This document shows, one piece after another, positions 59,104 through 64,000 of a stretch of 64,000 nucleotides of DNA (its first letter is position 1; each line of letters begins with the position of its first letter). Under the pieces are notes generated by a model that made no database searches, was not told the origin of the DNA, and saw nothing but the letters and a program-made list of their open reading frames with translations. The DNA lies in assembly GCA_050294405.1 (NCBI GenBank), contig JBNKOC010000012.1:224001-288000 (forward strand), read 5' to 3'. The stretch comes from Fibrobacteria bacterium. GTDB taxonomy: Bacteria; Fibrobacterota; Fibrobacteria; UBA11236; JADFYW01. Made by a program: the position numbers and the translations under genes.

Positions 59104-59961
59104 TTGAAAAACAACATCTTACCATCCATTTTCAATTTTCTGGATTACAGGAAATACCTGGAGGAGGCCTTTCAGTCTATTAAAGAGGCTAACCCAAAAT
59201 ATTCTTACCGAAACTTTAGCCGTGATGCCGGTTACGGGAGCCCTAATTTTTTACAACAAGTTATATCGGGTTCCCGAAAGCTTAACCTTATGGCCTTAGA
59301 GGGTACCATAAGGGCTTTGAAGTTAAATAAAAAAGAGTCCGAATATTTAAGGTATTTGGTTCGTTTTGATGGAGCCAGGAGTTTTAAAGAGAGGGAAGAA
59401 TACTATCAGAATATTCTGAAAATGCGCAGCCAAGAGGCGGTTAAGCCTATAGAACATAAGCAATTTCAATATTTCAGCGAATGGTATCACCCTGTGGTCC
59501 GGGAATTGGTTGTGCTAGAGGAATTGCAGGGTGATGCCAAATTAATTGCTGATAACATTGAGCCCAATGTTACTGAAGCGCAAGTTGAAAAATCCATATC
59601 CCTGTTACAGGAACTAGGCCTAATTGGTAAGGATCCTGATACGGGAAATTGGAAGCAAATGGAAACAATTATTAGTACATCCTCAGATGTGTCCTCAATT
59701 GCCTTAAGAGCTTTCCATAAAAAAATGATTGGACTTTCAGCTGAGAGTATCGAACGTTTTACTTCCAAAGAAAGAGATGTCAGAGGGATAACTCTTGGGC
59801 TTAGTGAAGATGGTTATGCTATGGCTAAATCAAAAATTAAGGCCCTGTGGGACGAAATCATTTCCCTGGCGGAAAAAGACAAAAATATAAAAAAGGTATT
59901 TCAGATTAATTTTCAATTATTTCCAGTTTCAAAGTCCAGAGGCGATGTAAATGATAAATAA
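59104..59961 (+). CDS. TIGR02147 family protein (HTH + DUF4423), paralogue 2
   Basis: FLDYRKYL, YSYR, GYGSPNF...GSRKL, WYHPVVREL, AFH, ERDVRGIT, VFQINFQLFPV; TTG start. Confidence 0.9.
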   Translation: MKNNILPSIFNFLDYRKYLEEAFQSIKEANPKYSYRNFSRDAGYGSPNFLQQVISGSRKLNLMALEGTIRALKLNKKESEYLRYLVRFDGARSFKEREEYYQNILKMRSQEAVKPIEHKQFQYFSEWYHPVVRELVVLEELQGDAKLIADNIEPNVTEAQVEKSISLLQELGLIGKDPDTGNWKQMETIISTSSDVSSIALRAFHKKMIGLSAESIERFTSKERDVRGITLGLSEDGYAMAKSKIKALWDEIISLAEKDKNIKKVFQINFQLFPVSKSRGDVNDK

Positions 59962-60817
59962 GCTAAAATCTGTTGAATGGTATATTCTGGTTGCCGCGTT
60001 GATATTTTCAGGATGTGCGGGTGGCACTGGCGAAGGCAATCCCGAGATAGGAAGCCTCTCTATTTCCCTTCGCGCAATTGGAAGTCCCGCACTTGCAAAA
60101 AACTCCGATGCACCTGCTTCATTTTCTGTGGCGCCTTCCATGGCTATAACCGATACATTGATGTTAGTCGATAAACAATTTTCTGTTTTCACGATAACTA
60201 ACGTATTTGTGAATGTGGAGGAAGTTGAGGTCCGAATTCCGGAATATGGTTTTTGCCAAAATTCGGATAGCATACAATGTACAGATTCCACCATTACTAT
60301 TGCCGGACCATTTTTTGCGGATCTTTTGGAAATTTTAAGTCCGGCAATCGTGAACGATATTCCTTTGCCAAAAGGAGTGTTCAATCAAATGAAAATTTTA
60401 TTTAGCAAATTGGAAGCGGATGAAATAGAAAACATTCCCATTACATATGAACCATTGGTTGGCCATGCGATTGTTATGAAAGGATTTTTCTCCTATAACG
60501 GCATTTCCAATCGCCCCTTGACTATTCAGCTTGATTTTGATGAGACATTTGTCTTTGAAAACAATATAGGATTAGAGGTGGCGTCGGATTCATCCTACAA
60601 CTGGGCCGGGTTGTTTTTTGCACCAGCTTGGTTTAGTAACTTGGAAGTGGCCAAATGCCTGGACAGTAATCAATTGGTTTTGGAGGATGATGGGGGGTTA
60701 ATAATTAATAGCCAATCATCTTGTAACAATATTGACGAGGTCATTATTGAAAATGTAAAACAAGCGACATCCTTATGGGAGCACCTTGAGGAAGATGATG
60801 AAGATGATTTCAACTAA
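59951..60817 (+). CDS. Acidic lipoprotein of unknown function
   Basis: Lipobox FSGC, then GGTGEGNP; Cys pairs; overlaps the TIGR02147 stop. Confidence 0.7.
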   Translation: MINKLKSVEWYILVAALIFSGCAGGTGEGNPEIGSLSISLRAIGSPALAKNSDAPASFSVAPSMAITDTLMLVDKQFSVFTITNVFVNVEEVEVRIPEYGFCQNSDSIQCTDSTITIAGPFFADLLEILSPAIVNDIPLPKGVFNQMKILFSKLEADEIENIPITYEPLVGHAIVMKGFFSYNGISNRPLTIQLDFDETFVFENNIGLEVASDSSYNWAGLFFAPAWFSNLEVAKCLDSNQLVLEDDGGLIINSQSSCNNIDEVIIENVKQATSLWEHLEEDDEDDFN

Positions 60818-61976
60818 AAATTTTCTAACACTATTGGTTTTGGGAGTTGGAATGGTTCTCCTACGATGCAAATCCCATGAATCTTCCTATGAAATCCATG
60901 AATTTGAAATAAAGCCTAATTTGGCCAATGGAAATATGCCAAAAGATGGGTTCCACAACTTCTCTTCCGGACAAATGGGGGAGATGGGCTCCCGGTCACA
61001 AGTGGAAATCAAATTTGATACACCTAAGGGTTGGGTATCGGAGCCGGGAAGCGGGATGCGTGCTGCAACATTTAAAATAGCGGATGGAGACAGTAATAAA
61101 GAAGCGACCATTGTTATTTTACCCAATGCCAATGATGGGTTTATTGGAAACATCAGCAGATGGCTGGGCCAAATAAACATTGTTTTGGCAAACGACCAAT
61201 TAAGCCAATTCATAGAAGAAAGGCAGAAGTTTGTCACAGTGAATAATGCTGATGGGTCTTTTTTTGATTTTACTAAGTTGGAAGAATTCGGACGGCCCAA
61301 TCAGGAATATATGTTAGCGTCGATTCTTAAAATTGGTAATAAATCAGTTTTTGTAAAGCTTACTGGAAATGTTGAATTTCTATCAAATCATAAAGAATCA
61401 TTATTAACTCTTTCTAAATCTATTCGCTTTAGCGATAAAGAGGATTTAAATGAAACTGGTGCCGCTGGGGTCGCACAAGTTGATCCCAATATGCAAACAT
61501 CAGACCCCAACTTTAATCAAGTTGCGGACGGGGTATCGGAACTTAGTTGGCAAACACCTGAAGGTTGGAAATCCCTAAATGCCTCAGGAATGCGTACGGG
61601 CAGTTTTGAAATTTCTTACAACGGGAAAAAAGCCGATGGCAGTATCATTCAATTGCCCGGACCAGCTGGAGGAATTGAAAATAATGTACGGCGCTGGATG
61701 GAGCAGATAGGTGCGGTTCCTATGGATGAACAAGAGTTTCAAAAATTTTTGTCGAATCAAAAAAAAGTACAAACCAGGGACGGATACAAAGGGATTTTGG
61801 TGGATTTGACCAATTTGTTAAGCGGAGATTTGACTCAAGGAAATTCAATTGTGGCTGTCATTATATCGACCGAACGTGAAACTATTTTTTTAAAATTAAC
61901 GGGTCCTAAAGTCGTTTTAAAACAAAATGTGGATGCGCTTGCGGAACTTTCCTCCAGCTTAAAAATGGCGTCTTAG
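60804..61976 (+). CDS. Exported/lipoprotein with a tandemly duplicated domain, upstream of ccs genes (start could be 60795, 60798 or 60804)
   Basis: Two copies of TPxGW...SGMR...F.I...LP...N..RW..QI...F.KLTG. Confidence 0.65.
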   Translation: MISTKNFLTLLVLGVGMVLLRCKSHESSYEIHEFEIKPNLANGNMPKDGFHNFSSGQMGEMGSRSQVEIKFDTPKGWVSEPGSGMRAATFKIADGDSNKEATIVILPNANDGFIGNISRWLGQINIVLANDQLSQFIEERQKFVTVNNADGSFFDFTKLEEFGRPNQEYMLASILKIGNKSVFVKLTGNVEFLSNHKESLLTLSKSIRFSDKEDLNETGAAGVAQVDPNMQTSDPNFNQVADGVSELSWQTPEGWKSLNASGMRTGSFEISYNGKKADGSIIQLPGPAGGIENNVRRWMEQIGAVPMDEQEFQKFLSNQKKVQTRDGYKGILVDLTNLLSGDLTQGNSIVAVIISTERETIFLKLTGPKVVLKQNVDALAELSSSLKMAS

Positions 61977-61981
61977 TAAAT

Positions 61982-63130
61982 ATGTGGAAAAAAATTAAAA
62001 AGAACTATTTAGTCAAACAATTGGCGTCTTTTGATGTGACCATCATATGCTTGATACTATTGATGATCCTGACTTTTTGGGGAACGTTACACCAGGTAGA
62101 TTACGGATTATATGATGCGCAACATCGCATGTTTAACACCTGGTTTTTTACATTTTTAGGTTTTATCCCTTTCCCGGGGGCCAAGTTGGTGTTGTGGGTC
62201 GCTTTTATAAACCTTGGGTTGGCGACTATTTTTAAACACAGCTACCAGTGGAAAAAAATAGGCTTATTATTAACACATTTTGGTTTGCTGTTATTAATTA
62301 TATCAGCGGGATTTACTTATCATTTCGCCGAAGAATCATCGCTCACCTTGGAAGAAGGAGAAGCTTCAAATGTAAGTGACGATTATCATCATTGGGAATT
62401 CGCCATTTGGAAACAATCCGTGAGAGGAGATAGCGTATTTCGTGATGGGGAAGCTTTTCCTTTAAACGCTGTGGGTAAAGGAGAAACCCTTAGTTTTTTA
62501 AAGATAGGTTTACCTGTCAAAATTACAGAAGTATATAAAAATTGCAAAGCCATGACCGGCCCGACGAAACCCGGAATGGCTCCTAATGGCTTCAATATTA
62601 ATGAATTGATTTCTTCCAGAGTTTCTACGGATCCCGCTGAAAATTACCCAGGTCTCATTTTCGATCCCTTGACAGCGGGCTCGGAAAAAATGATTGTATA
62701 TGGCGGTGCCCCCACTGCCACTTCCATGACATGGGAAGGTGAAAACTACTATGTCGCTTTGAGAAGAAAAAAGCACCCTCTCCCCGTATCTATCCAATTA
62801 AATGATTTTAAAAAATCAGAATATCCCGGAACGCAAAAAGCCCGGAGCTTTGAAAGTAAAGTGACCATTGGGCATCAAGGAATAGAGCGGGACATCACCA
62901 TATCTATGAATAAACCCTTTCGCCAAGATGGATTTACCTTTTACCAGGCTTCTTTTTCTCAAGCGGGTGGACAGGAGGCTTCGACCTTGGCGGTAGTCAA
63001 AAACTACGGAAGGTTGCTGCCTTACATATCCTGTCTTTTGGTCGGGTTGGGGTTAATTGTCCATTTTGTTCTTCGGCTTGTCGCTTTTGCGGCAAATCAA
63101 AAACGGTCGAGGTTGCATGTTTCTAAGTAA
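61982..63130 (+). CDS. Cytochrome c biogenesis protein, ResB/CcsB-like
   Basis: LTFWGTL, GLLLTHFG, LNDF...YPGT...SFES, ISMNKPF...FYQAS, C-terminal TM with His. Confidence 0.82.
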   Translation: MWKKIKKNYLVKQLASFDVTIICLILLMILTFWGTLHQVDYGLYDAQHRMFNTWFFTFLGFIPFPGAKLVLWVAFINLGLATIFKHSYQWKKIGLLLTHFGLLLLIISAGFTYHFAEESSLTLEEGEASNVSDDYHHWEFAIWKQSVRGDSVFRDGEAFPLNAVGKGETLSFLKIGLPVKITEVYKNCKAMTGPTKPGMAPNGFNINELISSRVSTDPAENYPGLIFDPLTAGSEKMIVYGGAPTATSMTWEGENYYVALRRKKHPLPVSIQLNDFKKSEYPGTQKARSFESKVTIGHQGIERDITISMNKPFRQDGFTFYQASFSQAGGQEASTLAVVKNYGRLLPYISCLLVGLGLIVHFVLRLVAFAANQKRSRLHVSK

Positions 63131-64000
63131 AACAAACATCGTATCCAGGTGCATCTTAACTTTAATTTTGATTTGCAGTTTTTCTTTATCTGCGATGGGA
63201 GAGGGAGCTCGGAGTTTAGACCTAACTAAATTCGCCAGCCTAAGCATCCAAAATGAAGGTCGTATTAAACCTTTGGATACTTATGCCCGGAGTTTGTTGT
63301 TACAAATTTCTTCGCGATCCAGTTATCGCGGTAAGCCAGCCATCCATTGGTTGTCCAATCTGTTGTTTTCCCCGGAGAATGCAAGAATGGACAAAATATT
63401 TAGGGTAAACAATCACCAGACCATAGAAGCTTTAGGGTTGGCTCTCCCTGAAGAGAGGCGATACAGCTTTAAGGAATTGGAAAAAGGAATAAACAAGTTG
63501 CAAACTTTGGCCCATGAGGTATCCAAGCTCGAAGAAAAAATGAGATCGCCGGTTGAGGAGGAACTATTACGTCTTTATTACAACATCAGCATTTATACTA
63601 GCCTATCTAAGAGTTTTAATTTTTCAAGAAGCACATCTGCATTTTTCATTAAAAATGACAACCTTGAGGAAATGCTCGGGTTTAAAAAAGGCAAGGGCGA
63701 ACATTCCTTTTTGGAAATGTTAGACAGGGAAGTTGAAATTAGCAATTACACAAATGTTAACAATATTGATAGCGCAAAATACAATTTGGATTCAATTGCC
63801 TTGTTAGGAATTGCAAGTGAAGCCGCCCGACTAAAAAAAGAGATCTTTTTTTGGAAAAAATTCAATCGAGACAGGGAGTTTACCATTATTCCACCTTTTA
63901 ACAATTCTGTGGAAGTGTTTTTTTCCCCATGGGATCTTCTATCCAACTCAGCGGCTTTTGGATTGCAAAATGAAATAAGGGCTTTAGCCGATGTGTCTGT
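63117..64000 (+). CDS. Cytochrome c biogenesis protein CcsA-like, N-terminal part (runs off the window; absent from the ORF track)
   Basis: ATG 63117 after GAGG overlaps the resB end; manual translation of the first 58 codons gives MFLSKTNIV...IQNEGRIKPLDTYAR, the GR.KP.DT motif of large CcsA proteins. Confidence 0.7.
   Translation, partial: MFLSKTNIVSRCILTLILICSFSLSAMGEGARSLDLTKFASLSIQNEGRIKPLDTYARSLLLQISSRSSYRGKPAIHWLSNLLFSPENARMDKIFRVNNHQTIEALGLALPEERRYSFKELEKGINKLQTLAHEVSKLEEKMRSPVEEELLRLYYNISIYTSLSKSFNFSRSTSAFFIKNDNLEEMLGFKKGKGEHSFLEMLDREVEISNYTNVNNIDSAKYNLDSIALLGIASEAARLKKEIFFWKKFNRDREFTIIPPFNNSVEVFFSPWDLLSNSAAFGLQNEIRALADVS

Overview
AT-rich bacterial chromosomal window, most consistent with an FCB-group, probably Fibrobacterota-like, organism. 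That is an inference from two TIGR02147 paralogues, a T9SS-type C-terminal domain and LytR_C-rsfS synteny. All family calls come from reading motifs by eye; no database search was run. Contents in order: (1) a near-contiguous mlaD'-ptsH-ptsI-slt-DUF4159-DUF4175-like-mlaE-glnD run; (2) an 86-aa histone-H1-like gene with its own promoter and terminator; (3) a minus-strand housekeeping block (gph-like, miaB, lapA/lapB, SPOR, tRNA-Leu(CAA), panD, rsfS, argS); (4) nadA-DUF420-ctaB, then a complete alternative complex III (actABCDEFG)-SCO-caa3-type A2 oxidase cluster and a cyclophilin-FKBP fusion; (5) a hybrid histidine kinase; (6) an orphan contractile-injection/T6SS accessory cluster (FHA-class III cyclase, DUF2169, extended PAAR and two unknown genes); (7) hemH, a 243-bp MITE, plsC, an unannotated 24-codon CxxC ORF and a DUF1998 helicase; (8) two parallel 'operator repeats - TIGR02147 - G-rich GNP-motif lipoprotein' cassettes, one leading into a secreted pectate lyase and one into System II cytochrome c maturation genes, which run off the window end. 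The best candidates for undescribed systems are the TIGR02147/lipoprotein/operator cassette and the FHA-cyclase/DUF2169/PAAR module.
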